Origin: an uncultured Muribaculaceae bacterium
GTDB lineage: Bacteria; Bacteroidota; Bacteroidia; Bacteroidales; Muribaculaceae
Assembly: GCA_944321865.1 (NCBI GenBank)
Contig: CALUMZ010000001.1
Location: 63,477 to 127,476, forward strand
DNA: 64,000 nt
Reading direction: 5' to 3'
Of the stretch, positions 19,661-29,085 are shown piece after piece. Position numbers and translations under genes: made by a program. Below the pieces are notes generated by a model. That model was not told the origin of the DNA, ran no database searches, and saw nothing but the letters and a program-made list of their open reading frames with translations. How positions within the stretch are numbered: position 1 is the first letter of the stretch; each line of letters opens with the position of its first letter.

Positions 19661-19692
19661 ATATTTTTTTGCGTAATTAACCGCAGAGAATA

Positions 19693-20232
19693 TTATTCTT
19701 TGCCATCAGTAACGGGGCCTTCGTATTTTGTCTTGATTTTATAGCTATGACTAATTGCTGTCCCCGAGGGTATTTTTTCGGTAATCAAAGCAATGCGTTG
19801 CACATACCAGTCGTTTTCGAGCGTGTCGGTTACATATATAGTCTCGGTTAATTGCCATGATTGCCGATACGGATTGAAAATAATCGAATATTCGCTATCG
19901 CTTGTATCGATTGTGTATGGGAATACGGGAGCGGTTTTGACTATAAGAGAATATTTGTTGAAATCTACCGACAAGTAGCTTGGGTAATTTTGCAAGAAAT
20001 CATTTTCCAGTTGGCTTTTAACCTCTTCGGTTGAATTAAACAGGGCGATCTCGTCATTGTTGCTTTGAGATACGTCGATAAGTGCATTTTGGTCTTTAGG
20101 GACATAATAGGTCGGTAATTTGCCTGCTACGTTTAGGTATTGGGCTATTACGGGTTCGTCATCATTGTTGCAAGATGGCAGCAACAGCCATGCGAATGTT
20201 ATTAATAAGGGATAAATAATGCTCTTTTTCAT
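19693..20232 (-). CDS. Lipoprotein of unknown function
   Basis: 179 aa. Signal peptide plus lipobox (LLLPSCNNDDE). No recognisable motif. Confidence 0.6.
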   Translation of the reverse strand: MKKSIIYPLLITFAWLLLPSCNNDDEPVIAQYLNVAGKLPTYYVPKDQNALIDVSQSNNDEIALFNSTEEVKSQLENDFLQNYPSYLSVDFNKYSLIVKTAPVFPYTIDTSDSEYSIIFNPYRQSWQLTETIYVTDTLENDWYVQRIALITEKIPSGTAISHSYKIKTKYEGPVTDGKE

Positions 20233-20275
20233 GAGATGCGTTTTGTTATGGTTGAAATGATTTTATTCTTTGATT

Positions 20276-21145
20276 TCATGATTGCAATATTGCAAATATA
20301 TCATCAATGCTGCGGTCGAACGGACCTGTTTTTTCAAGTTTCAATGTCGACATGGCAGCTGCAAAGCGACCGGCTTCGTCATAACCGGCACCTTTGCTGC
20401 GCATGTACAGGTATCCGGCGGCGTAGGTGTCGCCACAGCCCGTTGCATCGACTATTGCATGTGGGGTATATGCCGGTATTTCGTAAAATTCGCCATTTGC
20501 GTAAATTATTGAGCCATAATTGCCAAATGTCATCATTACTTCTTTTACGCCCCATTGTGCGAGTTGCTCGGCTGCACGGTGAGGGTTGTCTTGTCCTGTC
20601 AATGTCTCGATTTCAAATTCGTTGACTTTTAATATGTCGACATATTTCAATGCTTCGATTTTCCAATCCCAATCGCAGGGAAATACATCCACGCCATCGA
20701 CGTAGCGCAAGAAACCTTGAGCATCGACCGACAGCATGCCGCGGCCATGCAAATATTTTATTACATCAAGTGAGAAATCATCGGCCAACAAGCTGCCAAG
20801 GTGTATGAAGCGGGCTTCCACATTTTGTAACTTGTCGATAGTGAATGGGTCGGCTTTGGCCAATACGCGTTGTTTCCGGTTATTCATGTTTTCGCCGTAT
20901 TTATTTTCAAAATATACGGTTTTGCGGCTTGGAATTACTTCGACATCAATACCTTTCTGCCTTATTTCTTCGACTGCGCCGGCTTCGCTTTTGGCAAGAG
21001 ATGTGATGAGTTTGTATTTGATAGGAGGGAGGTTTGCAATAGCATGTGAAATGTAATAAGAAGTCCCCCCGTTAAGAAAGGCCGTGTGTGTGGGAGTAAT
21101 GATCTTATCGAGGGTTATGTGTCCTATGCAGCAAATATCTGTCAT
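20276..21145 (-). CDS. PfkB family carbohydrate kinase
   Basis: 289 aa. C-terminal PfkB signature DATGCGDTYAAGY. Substrate unknown. Confidence 0.8.
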   Translation of the reverse strand: MTDICCIGHITLDKIITPTHTAFLNGGTSYYISHAIANLPPIKYKLITSLAKSEAGAVEEIRQKGIDVEVIPSRKTVYFENKYGENMNNRKQRVLAKADPFTIDKLQNVEARFIHLGSLLADDFSLDVIKYLHGRGMLSVDAQGFLRYVDGVDVFPCDWDWKIEALKYVDILKVNEFEIETLTGQDNPHRAAEQLAQWGVKEVMMTFGNYGSIIYANGEFYEIPAYTPHAIVDATGCGDTYAAGYLYMRSKGAGYDEAGRFAAAMSTLKLEKTGPFDRSIDDIFAILQS

Positions 21146-21185
21146 AATTATTTTATGAATTGGAATCGGTTTATAAACATAAATT

Positions 21186-21234
21186 AAAAAAAAAGCAGTA
21201 ACTGTGAAGAATTGGCTCTCCGTATTGTTACTGC
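21186..21234 (-). terminator. Intrinsic terminator downstream of tRNA-Arg
   Basis: Stem aaagcagtaac / gttactgcttt, followed on the minus strand by a 9-nt U-tract (plus-strand A-run 21186-21194). Confidence 0.65.
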
Positions 21235-21247
21235 TTTATTGTGTGTG

Positions 21248-21321
21248 TGACCCATACAGGATTCAAACCTGTAACCTTCTGATCCGTAGTCAGATACTCT
21301 ATTCAGTTGAGCTAATGGGCC
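21248..21321 (-). tRNA. tRNA-Arg (anticodon ACG)
   Basis: The 74-nt reverse complement GGCCCATTAGCTCAACTGAATAGAGTATCTGACTACGGATCAGAAGGTTACAGGTTTGAATCCTGTATGGGTCA folds as a cloverleaf. Anticodon loop is CTACGGA and the T-loop is TTTGAAT. Confidence 0.9.
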
Positions 21322-21333
21322 GTTTTGTGAGTG

Positions 21334-21341
21334 CAAAGATA
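21334..21341 (-). promoter_or_regulatory. -7 promoter box TATCTTTG for tRNA-Arg
   Basis: Plus strand reads caaagata, 12 nt upstream of the mature tRNA 5' end. Confidence 0.55.
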
Positions 21342-21542
21342 GGTATAATTTCTTAATTGGCAATAATCGGAATCGTTTTTTTTGATTTTTTTCTGCGAAA
21401 ATACGGCTTGATTGAGTCACGAAGTGCAAAGCCGAATGATTTTAGATAGGCTTGATGGGTGTCGATGTGCAAGGTGTGACCAATGAAGCAAGGTGGCGTG
21501 TATTTTTTTGAATCAAGCATTTGTTTTTTCATGAGGTAACAT

Positions 21543-21550
21543 TATATTTG
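21543..21550 (+). promoter_or_regulatory. -7 promoter box TATATTTG for the OadA-like gene
   Basis: 88 nt upstream of the ATG at 21638. Lies inside the TTG-initiated ORF-track extension. Confidence 0.45.
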
Positions 21551-21637
21551 CACTATAAAAAATGGGTGAGGCTAAACTGTGATTATGTTACTCCAGAGAC
21601 TGCGCAGGTTTGCCCCACAGACGTAAAACATAGAAAT

Positions 21638-23509
21638 ATGACACAAAAATTAAAAATCAGAGACCTTACGATGCGCGATGGGCAGCAGTCATTGTTTGCA
21701 ACGCGCATGAGCCAAGAGAGCATCGATGCATTGCTTCCTTTTTATGAGCAAGCCGGCTTTTATGCTATTGAAGTGTGGGGCGGGGCAGTACCCGACTCGG
21801 TAATGCGTTATTTGGACGAATCCCCTTGGCACAGGCTTCAATCAATCAGTGCAAAAATGCAAGGCAAGTCGTTGCTTACGGCCTTGTCGCGCGGGCGTAA
21901 TCTGTTTGGATATGTTCCTTATCCCACGCCTGTGATAGAAGGTTTTTATAAAAATGCCATTGCCGACGGTTTGAATGTGATGCGTATATTTGACGCGCTC
22001 AACGACCTTGACAACGTAAGGGAGTCGGTGGAAATTATAAACCGTCTCGGAGGCATTCCCGACGGTGCCGTTTGCTACACCGTTGACCCCAAAGATGAAG
22101 AGAAACAGTCGGGCGGCGGTTTCTTCAGTAAATTGATGGGCAAGGGAAAGAAGCACCATGATAAAATATTCACCGATGAGTATTTTATAGACAAGGCTCG
22201 CGGGTATGAGCAAATGGGCGCCAAGATTATCACCATAAAGGATATGGCGGGATTGATTAATCCTGCACGCGTGGCAAGCCTTATGCCCAAGTTGAAAGCG
22301 GCAGTCAATGTTCCGGTGGATTTCCACACGCATTGTACTCCGGGATACGGGCTGGCTTCATCGTTAATGGCCATAATACACGGTGTAGACATACTTGACA
22401 CCAATATTTGGTACTTTGGCGGAGGGTCGGCTGCTCCTGCACTTGAATTGATTTATATATTTGCACAAAAGTTGGGAGTGGAAGTTGAAGTCGACATGAA
22501 TGCCGTCGGAAAAATACGTTCGACATTGAAAGAAGTACGTAAGGGACTAAAAGACTTTGATTTACAAAAGTCGTTCCCGATAGACTTTGACCCGCTTGTT
22601 GATAAGTTGCCGGCCGATGTGGATGCATTGTTTGACAAAGCTATCGATGCCGCCAAGGCAAATGACGAGGACACATTGCTTGACGCATGTCATGCCATAG
22701 AGGCGTACTTTAATTTCCCGAAGCCTAATGAAATCGTTAAGAATGCCGAGGTCCCGGGCGGCATGTATTCAAACATGGTGGCTCAATTAAAGCAATTGCA
22801 TGCCGAAGACGTGCTTGAGGATGCAATGAGGTTGATTCCGAAGGTGCGCCGCGATGCAGGATTGGTGCCACTGGTTACGCCGACAAGCCAAATCGTAGGG
22901 TCGCAAGCTGTGAGCCTCGCACTTGACCGTCAGAAAGGGAAGCCCGATTATACGACGAAATCGAATCAGTTTATTTCGCTTGTCCGCGGCGAATACGGAC
23001 ACACGCCGGTGGCGATAGATCCGGAATTCCGTAAATTAATTACAGGCAGCAGCGAGGAAGTACCGTATAACGTTAATTCGTATGTTTATCCCGAAAATCC
23101 AGTATTGGCCGAGTATGGCGGTGTGAAGTTGGCTCTCGATGACGAAGAATACTTGCTGCTCGAATTGTTGCCCAATGTGGCCAAGCCATTCTTGACCAAA
23201 CGCCGTGCCGCCGAGTATGAAGCAACCAAGCCGGCAGAACCAACGGCATCTGCAACACAAGATGAGGTTATTGAAGAAGCCGTAGAACCGATAACCGGAC
23301 CTACGCTTGACGCACCGATGGGTGGTACTGTTATCGAAGTATATGTTAACCCCGGTGATGTTATAAACAAGGGCGACTCGTTGCTCATGTATGAGGCAAT
23401 GAAGATGCAGAACGAAATTGAAGCCGAGTTTGCAGGAACGGTGAAACGGATTCTTGTTTCTCCGGGGCAAGTAATCGGTACCGGCGAACCTCTGATAGAG
23501 TTTGAATAA
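21638..23509 (+). CDS. Biotin-dependent carboxyltransferase (5S) fused to a biotinyl carrier domain: oxaloacetate decarboxylase alpha / pyruvate carboxylase subunit B-like
   Basis: N-terminal HMGL-like TIM barrel (KIRDLTMRDGQQS) and a C-terminal biotinylation motif (YEAMKMQNEI). The track start at 21521 is TTG; ATG at 21638 gives the canonical N-terminus. Confidence 0.85.
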   Translation: MTQKLKIRDLTMRDGQQSLFATRMSQESIDALLPFYEQAGFYAIEVWGGAVPDSVMRYLDESPWHRLQSISAKMQGKSLLTALSRGRNLFGYVPYPTPVIEGFYKNAIADGLNVMRIFDALNDLDNVRESVEIINRLGGIPDGAVCYTVDPKDEEKQSGGGFFSKLMGKGKKHHDKIFTDEYFIDKARGYEQMGAKIITIKDMAGLINPARVASLMPKLKAAVNVPVDFHTHCTPGYGLASSLMAIIHGVDILDTNIWYFGGGSAAPALELIYIFAQKLGVEVEVDMNAVGKIRSTLKEVRKGLKDFDLQKSFPIDFDPLVDKLPADVDALFDKAIDAAKANDEDTLLDACHAIEAYFNFPKPNEIVKNAEVPGGMYSNMVAQLKQLHAEDVLEDAMRLIPKVRRDAGLVPLVTPTSQIVGSQAVSLALDRQKGKPDYTTKSNQFISLVRGEYGHTPVAIDPEFRKLITGSSEEVPYNVNSYVYPENPVLAEYGGVKLALDDEEYLLLELLPNVAKPFLTKRRAAEYEATKPAEPTASATQDEVIEEAVEPITGPTLDAPMGGTVIEVYVNPGDVINKGDSLLMYEAMKMQNEIEAEFAGTVKRILVSPGQVIGTGEPLIEFE

Positions 23510-23540
23510 TACACGAATATGTTTTCAGTATGAAAAATTA

Positions 23541-23580
23541 GAAAGCACGCCGCAAAAGCAAGGCGTGCTTTCTTCATTTT
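23541..23580 (+). terminator. Intrinsic terminator after the OadA-like gene
   Basis: Stem gaaagcacgcc / ggcgtgctttc followed by ttcatttt. Confidence 0.7.
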
Positions 23581-23705
23581 AGGGTCGTATTTGTAATTGC
23601 CTTGTATGTGCGGGTGTTGTTGGGTGTGTAATGTTTGCTTTAGAGTTAAATTGGCGCTGTCATAGTTTTCATTTTTGAATGTGGTGGTTTATTTGTATTT
23701 TTGCA

Positions 23706-23713
23706 ATCTGAAA
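23706..23713 (+). promoter_or_regulatory. -7 promoter box TATTTTTG
   Basis: 16 nt upstream of the ATG at 23729. Confidence 0.45.
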
Positions 23714-23728
23714 AAAATTCGGTAGAAA

Positions 23729-24274
23729 ATGAATTTATCGAAGAGTATATTTTACGTGGCATGTTTCCCTCGGAATGGGTGGAAAGATGTGAAACTTCAT
23801 AATGTGCAGTCGCGAGAAGTGCAGTCGCGAATATTGTACCCGCTAATGGCCATATTGTCATTGTCGGCGTTTATGGCATTCATTTATGAAGAAGAGGCGA
23901 CGGTGACGTTGTGCATACAAAATGCGATAATAGAATTTGTCAAATATTTTTTCACGTATCTTGTCGCAAGTTATGTCCTTACGGGATTTTTCCCTGCCGT
24001 GGTGAAAGGGAAGCAGTCGGCAAACAGAGCTAACGTCGTTGTCGCTTACTGTATGGCAATGATGATAGCGCTGAACGTAATCGACAATTTATTGCCTGTG
24101 TCATTCCCTTATTTGAAGATTTTGTACCTGTACATATTTTTTGTTGCATGGAAGGCCGACGATTATCTTGAAATAAAGGAAGAGGGCAATAAGAAATTCC
24201 TCATAGTGGCGGCTGCGATTATTTTGCTTCTTCCGGCATTTATAAGTTTTTGCCTGTCGAGGGTTTTAATTTGA
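23729..24274 (+). CDS. Multi-pass membrane protein of unknown function (possibly Yip1-like)
   Basis: 181 aa with about 5 hydrophobic spans. No diagnostic motif recognised. Confidence 0.55.
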   Translation: MNLSKSIFYVACFPRNGWKDVKLHNVQSREVQSRILYPLMAILSLSAFMAFIYEEEATVTLCIQNAIIEFVKYFFTYLVASYVLTGFFPAVVKGKQSANRANVVVAYCMAMMIALNVIDNLLPVSFPYLKILYLYIFFVAWKADDYLEIKEEGNKKFLIVAAAIILLLPAFISFCLSRVLI

Positions 24275-24285
24275 GTAGAAAATAA

Positions 24286-24741
24286 ATGAAAGCAAGCAAT
24301 AATATAAACATAAAGAACAAGCGGGCAACGTTTGATTACGAGATACTCGAAACATTTATTGCCGGCATCGTATTGTCGGGGACCGAAATAAAGTCGATAA
24401 GGCTTGGCAAGGCCGGATTGTCCGACACATTTTGCTATATCAATAATGGCGAGGTGTGGGTGAAAAACATGTATGTGGCCGAATATAGCTTCGGCTCGTA
24501 CAACAACCACCAGATAAGGCGCGACCGCAAATTGTTGTTGACCAAAAAAGAGATTGCAAAAATGCAAAAGTTGAGCCAGCAAAGCGGTTACACAATAGTT
24601 CCGTTGAAATTGTTCATCAACGAAAAAGGCTTGGCAAAGTTGTCGGTGGGAATTGCAAAGGGCAAGAAAGAATATGACAAGCGTCAGTCTATCAAGGAAC
24701 GAGAGGACAAGCGCATGATGGACAGGGCGATGAAGAAATAA
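24286..24741 (+). CDS. smpB: SsrA-binding protein
   Basis: 151 aa. [29 protein letters not shown] is typical SmpB. Confidence 0.9.
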   Translation: MKASNNINIKNKRATFDYEILETFIAGIVLSGTEIKSIRLGKAGLSDTFCYINNGEVWVKNMYVAEYSFGSYNNHQIRRDRKLLLTKKEIAKMQKLSQQSGYTIVPLKLFINEKGLAKLSVGIAKGKKEYDKRQSIKEREDKRMMDRAMKK

Positions 24742-24781
24742 TTCGTAATTGGCACATCTGTTATAATTTGATAGGAATTTC

Positions 24782-25915
24782 ATGGATTATAAACTCATAA
24801 CAACGGGTATTAATGGCAGCAACGCTCGTGCCGGAGTGATAAGCACCGCGCACGGCGAAATAGAGACACCAATCTTTATGCCTGTAGGGACATGTGGAAC
24901 TGTAAAGGCGGTGCATCAACGAGAACTCGTCGATGACATTCAAGCCCAGATAATACTGGGGAATACATATCACTTGTACCTGCGTCCCGGAATGTCAATA
25001 ATCGAGAAAGCCGGTGGTTTGCATAAATTCAACGGATGGAATAAACCGATACTTACCGATAGTGGCGGTTTTCAAGTGTTTTCATTATCGGAAAACCGTA
25101 AACTGAAAGAAGAAGGAGCTTATTTCCGCAGTCACATAGATGGTTCCAAGCATTTGTTTACTCCGGAGAAGGTGGTAGACATACAGCGCAGCATAGGAAG
25201 CGATATTATGATGGCTCTTGATGAATGCCCACCGGGAACCTCCGACTATGTATATGCAAAGAAATCGCTTGAATTGACGCAACGATGGCTTGCACGGGGA
25301 TGGAAGCATTTTAATGAAACAGAAGGCAAATATGGCTACAAACAGGCTTTTTTCCCCATAGTGCAAGGATGCGTGTATCCTGATTTGAGACGTGACGCGG
25401 CCAAATTCGTTGCCGACCTTGGTGCCGAAGGGAACGCAATAGGCGGACTTGCCGTGGGGGAGCCCACCGAAAAAATGTATGAAATGATAGAGGTGGTGAA
25501 TGACATTTTGCCACAAGACAAGCCTCGCTACCTGATGGGAGTGGGTACTCCTGCCAACATACTCGAAGCCATAGACCGCGGTGTGGATATGATGGATTGC
25601 GTGATGCCGACACGTAACGGGCGGAATGGCATGTTGTTTACCCGCCATGGAATAATGAACATGCGCAATCTCAAGTGGGCAGATGATTTCAGCCCATTGC
25701 AAGAAGACGGCCCGTCGTATGTAGACCATGCCTACAGCAAGGCGTATGTAAGGCATTTGTTTGTCAGCGGGGAATTGTTGGCCATGCAGATAGCCAGTAT
25801 ACACAATTTGGCATTTTACTTGTGGCTTGTAAAAGAAGCCCGCAAGCATATCATAGCAGGAGATTTCAAGCCGTGGAAAGAAGAGATGGTGCAATGTGTT
25901 ACTCGCCGATTATGA
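24782..25915 (+). CDS. tgt: tRNA-guanosine(34) transglycosylase
   Basis: 377 aa. Motifs PIFMPVGT, LTDSGGFQV and GLAVGE, plus a zinc-site region. Confidence 0.9.
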   Translation: MDYKLITTGINGSNARAGVISTAHGEIETPIFMPVGTCGTVKAVHQRELVDDIQAQIILGNTYHLYLRPGMSIIEKAGGLHKFNGWNKPILTDSGGFQVFSLSENRKLKEEGAYFRSHIDGSKHLFTPEKVVDIQRSIGSDIMMALDECPPGTSDYVYAKKSLELTQRWLARGWKHFNETEGKYGYKQAFFPIVQGCVYPDLRRDAAKFVADLGAEGNAIGGLAVGEPTEKMYEMIEVVNDILPQDKPRYLMGVGTPANILEAIDRGVDMMDCVMPTRNGRNGMLFTRHGIMNMRNLKWADDFSPLQEDGPSYVDHAYSKAYVRHLFVSGELLAMQIASIHNLAFYLWLVKEARKHIIAGDFKPWKEEMVQCVTRRL

Positions 25916-25924
25916 TAAAAGTGT

Positions 25925-27070
25925 ATGGGAATGAACTTTTTTAGGAAAATAAAAGGCAGAGGAGCCAATAGCAGCGAGGCAAAACCGGCGAGGAAGCCAT
26001 TGGTTAAAATGTTTGACCGATACATTATTCGTAAATTTCTCGGGACATACATTTTCTCGATTTTGTTGCTGCTTGCTATTGTGATAATGTTTGACATCAA
26101 CGAGAAACTTGATGCCATGCTCACTGCTCCCCTTGACGAGACTATTTTTGACTATTTTGTAAACTTCCTGCCTTATTTTGCCAATCAGTTCAGTCCGTTG
26201 TTTACATTCATTGCCGTGATATTCTTTACGTCGAAACTTGCCGACAACTCCGAGATTATTGCGATGTTGTCGAGCGGAATCAGTTTCAGGCGGCTTGTAG
26301 TTCCATATATGGTGTCGGCTGCAGTGATAGCCGTTTTTTCGTTCTATCTGTCGGCATACGTTATACCACCTGCCAATGTCGAGCGAATAGCTTACACTAA
26401 TAAATATGTGAAAAACAAGGAAGTGAACTATGGCACAAATATCCAGATGCAGGTTTCTCCGGGTGTTATAGCTTATATGTCGCGATATGACAACAGATCA
26501 AAGACGGGACATAGATTCTCGCTCGATAAGTTCAACGATAAGATACTCGAATCACGCATGACGGCCGACCGTATAGAGTATGACACACTTTATCACTGGA
26601 CGGTAAAGAATTATACAATACGATATTTTGAGGGGTTAAAAGAAAAGATAGTCAGAGGCAGCAGCCTTGATACAATTATAGAAATAGAGCCCCGGGATTT
26701 CTTGATAGCCAAGAATGACCAAGAGATGCTCACTTTGCCGCAATTGAAAAATTATATCGAACGGCAACGAAACCGAGGTGTCGCCAATATAAAAAATTTC
26801 GAGATTGAACTGGAGCGTCGGTATGCATCAACGGCAGCGGCATTCATATTGACAATAATAGGGCTGTCGTTGTCGTCCCGGAAAGTGAAAGGCGGAATGG
26901 GAGTGAACATCGGCATCGGTCTGTTATTGAGTTTCTCTTATATTTTGTTTACCACCATAACATCCACATTTGCCGTATCGGGTTATACTTCTCCATTTGT
27001 GGCGATGTGGATACCTAATGTGATATATACATTTATTGCTATATATTTGTATCACAAGGCTTCTATTTAA
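25925..27070 (+). CDS. LptF/LptG family LPS export permease
   Basis: The YjgP/YjgQ-type N-terminus MFDRYIIRKFLGTYIFSILL begins at the internal ATG at 26009, which may be the true start. Six TM spans and a periplasmic beta-jellyroll region. Confidence 0.8.
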   Translation: MGMNFFRKIKGRGANSSEAKPARKPLVKMFDRYIIRKFLGTYIFSILLLLAIVIMFDINEKLDAMLTAPLDETIFDYFVNFLPYFANQFSPLFTFIAVIFFTSKLADNSEIIAMLSSGISFRRLVVPYMVSAAVIAVFSFYLSAYVIPPANVERIAYTNKYVKNKEVNYGTNIQMQVSPGVIAYMSRYDNRSKTGHRFSLDKFNDKILESRMTADRIEYDTLYHWTVKNYTIRYFEGLKEKIVRGSSLDTIIEIEPRDFLIAKNDQEMLTLPQLKNYIERQRNRGVANIKNFEIELERRYASTAAAFILTIIGLSLSSRKVKGGMGVNIGIGLLLSFSYILFTTITSTFAVSGYTSPFVAMWIPNVIYTFIAIYLYHKASI

Positions 27071-27103
27071 TGATTTTCTCAGAATAAAACAAAAAAAAAT
27101 AAT

Positions 27104-29080
27104 ATGGCAAAGAGATTAGTATTAAGTACATTAGTCCTGCTTTCGGTATTTGTTTCGGTGCAAGGGCAGATATTGAATCCGATAAAGTGGACGTCAAGTG
27201 TGTCGGTAGAAGATAACGGAATGGGAACGATGACATTTTCTGCCGTAATAGAAAAAGGTTGGCATTTATATTCAATGGATATTCCCGAGGGTGGTCCCGT
27301 AGCGACAAGCTTCAACTGGGATAAAATCGAGGGAGTGGAGCTTATGGGAGAACCAATGCCCGACAGGAAGCCACATGAAGAGATTGATGAGGTTTTCAGC
27401 ATGAAGCTCGGGTGGTGGGAAGAAAATGTTACCATAACGCAGAAGTTCAAGGTTGTTGACATGGCATCGGGGTATGATATCGAGGGTTATATCAATTACA
27501 TGCTGTGCAATGATGCAACATGCCAAGCGCCAAGCAATGAAACTTTCAGATTTGTCGAAGAAAAGTCACAGTCGGCTCCGACGGTGATGAGTGAACCCAA
27601 GCAAGAGGTTGCAGTTTCGCAGCCCGTGAATGCACGGGCCGATTTTTCATCAGAAGAATTGTGGCAACCGGTGGATGTGCAAAATGAAGGGAGCATGGAG
27701 GCTACCGGTACATCCTCACGGTCGTTATGGTATATATTTTTCGCCGGTTTCTTAGGTGGATTGTTGGCGTTGCTAACGCCATGTGTGTGGCCCATGATTC
27801 CGCTCACTGTAAGTTTCTTCTTGAAAAAGAGCGGGTCTCGCGGAAAATCGGTACGTGATGCTATAATTTATGGGTTGTCGATAGTGGTTATTTACCTTGC
27901 ATTGGGGTTGTTCATAACAGGTGTGTTCGGCGCCAGCAAGCTGAATGAATTGTCGACAAATGCAATATTCAACATAATATTCTTCTTGCTGCTTGTGGTA
28001 TTTGCCATATCATTCTTTGGCGCATTTGAAATCAAGTTGCCCGATTCATGGGCTAATAAGATGGATAGCAAAGCCGAACGGACGACAGGAATATTAAGCA
28101 TATTCTTCATGGCATTTACCTTGACATTGGTATCGTTCTCATGCACAGGACCCATTATAGGCACATTGTTGGTAGAGGCAGCAAGCATGGGCGACATGAC
28201 CGGTCCGGCCATAGGTATGTTTGGTTTTGCCGTTGCACTTGCCATACCGTTTGCACTGTTTGCCATTTTCCCATCATGGATGAAAAATGCGCCAAAGTCG
28301 GGAGGGTGGTTAAATACGGTGAAAGTGGTACTTGGGTTTATAGAACTTGCACTGTCACTTAAATTCTTGTCGGTTGCCGACCTTGCATACGGTTGGGGAA
28401 TACTTGACCGTGAGGTTTTCGTGTCATTATGGATTGTAATTTTTGGGCTTTTGGGGCTATATCTGCTTGGAAAGTTAAGATTGTCGCATGATGGTGACAG
28501 CAACGGAGTGGGGGTGTTCAGGTTGTTCCTTGGAATTATATCACTGGCTTTCACGGTTTATTTGTTGCCGGGTTTGTGGGGCGCTCCACTTAAGAGCGTC
28601 AGTGCATTCGTTCCGCCGTTGTATACTCAAGATTTTAATCTTTATGGCGGAGGTTTTGCTGAGTATTACGATTATGAAGAAGGTATGCGCGAAGGTGCAA
28701 AACAGGGTAAACCCATATTGGTAGACTTCTCGGGTTACGGTTGTGTTAACTGTAGAAAGATGGAGGCGGCTGTACTTGACAATAATGAGGTGCGTCGATT
28801 GTTGGAAGACAATTTTGTTATGGTTAAGTTGATGGTCGATGACAAGACCCAATTGCCCGAACCTGTAACCGTGGAAGAATATGGCAAAGAGGTTAAATTA
28901 CGAACAATAGGTGACAAATGGAGCTACTTGCAACGATATAAATTCAAGGCAAATTCCCAGCCTTATTACGTAATATTGAATGCCGATGGTTCATTGGCGG
29001 CCGGTCCTGTATATTACGACGAAGACGTGGAAAAGTTTACCGCATTCTTGAACGAAGGTATTAGTAAATTTAAAGAATAG
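27104..29080 (+). CDS. dsbD: DsbD-like thiol:disulfide interchange protein (N-terminal domain, TM core and C-terminal thioredoxin fold)
   Basis: 658 aa with a signal peptide. TM cysteines (LTPCVWPMIP, SFSCTGPI) and a C-terminal thioredoxin GYGCVNCRKME. Confidence 0.85.
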   Translation: MAKRLVLSTLVLLSVFVSVQGQILNPIKWTSSVSVEDNGMGTMTFSAVIEKGWHLYSMDIPEGGPVATSFNWDKIEGVELMGEPMPDRKPHEEIDEVFSMKLGWWEENVTITQKFKVVDMASGYDIEGYINYMLCNDATCQAPSNETFRFVEEKSQSAPTVMSEPKQEVAVSQPVNARADFSSEELWQPVDVQNEGSMEATGTSSRSLWYIFFAGFLGGLLALLTPCVWPMIPLTVSFFLKKSGSRGKSVRDAIIYGLSIVVIYLALGLFITGVFGASKLNELSTNAIFNIIFFLLLVVFAISFFGAFEIKLPDSWANKMDSKAERTTGILSIFFMAFTLTLVSFSCTGPIIGTLLVEAASMGDMTGPAIGMFGFAVALAIPFALFAIFPSWMKNAPKSGGWLNTVKVVLGFIELALSLKFLSVADLAYGWGILDREVFVSLWIVIFGLLGLYLLGKLRLSHDGDSNGVGVFRLFLGIISLAFTVYLLPGLWGAPLKSVSAFVPPLYTQDFNLYGGGFAEYYDYEEGMREGAKQGKPILVDFSGYGCVNCRKMEAAVLDNNEVRRLLEDNFVMVKLMVDDKTQLPEPVTVEEYGKEVKLRTIGDKWSYLQRYKFKANSQPYYVILNADGSLAAGPVYYDEDVEKFTAFLNEGISKFKE

Positions 29081-29085
29081 AAAAG

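Noticed and set aside
21184-21429. 81-aa minus-strand ORF.
   Set aside because: It spans the tRNA-Arg gene and its terminator, so the region is explained by the tRNA.
21521-21637. 39-codon N-terminal extension of the OadA-like ORF, as given in the track.
   Set aside because: It starts at TTG and contains the predicted -7 promoter box. The canonical N-terminus begins at the ATG at 21638.
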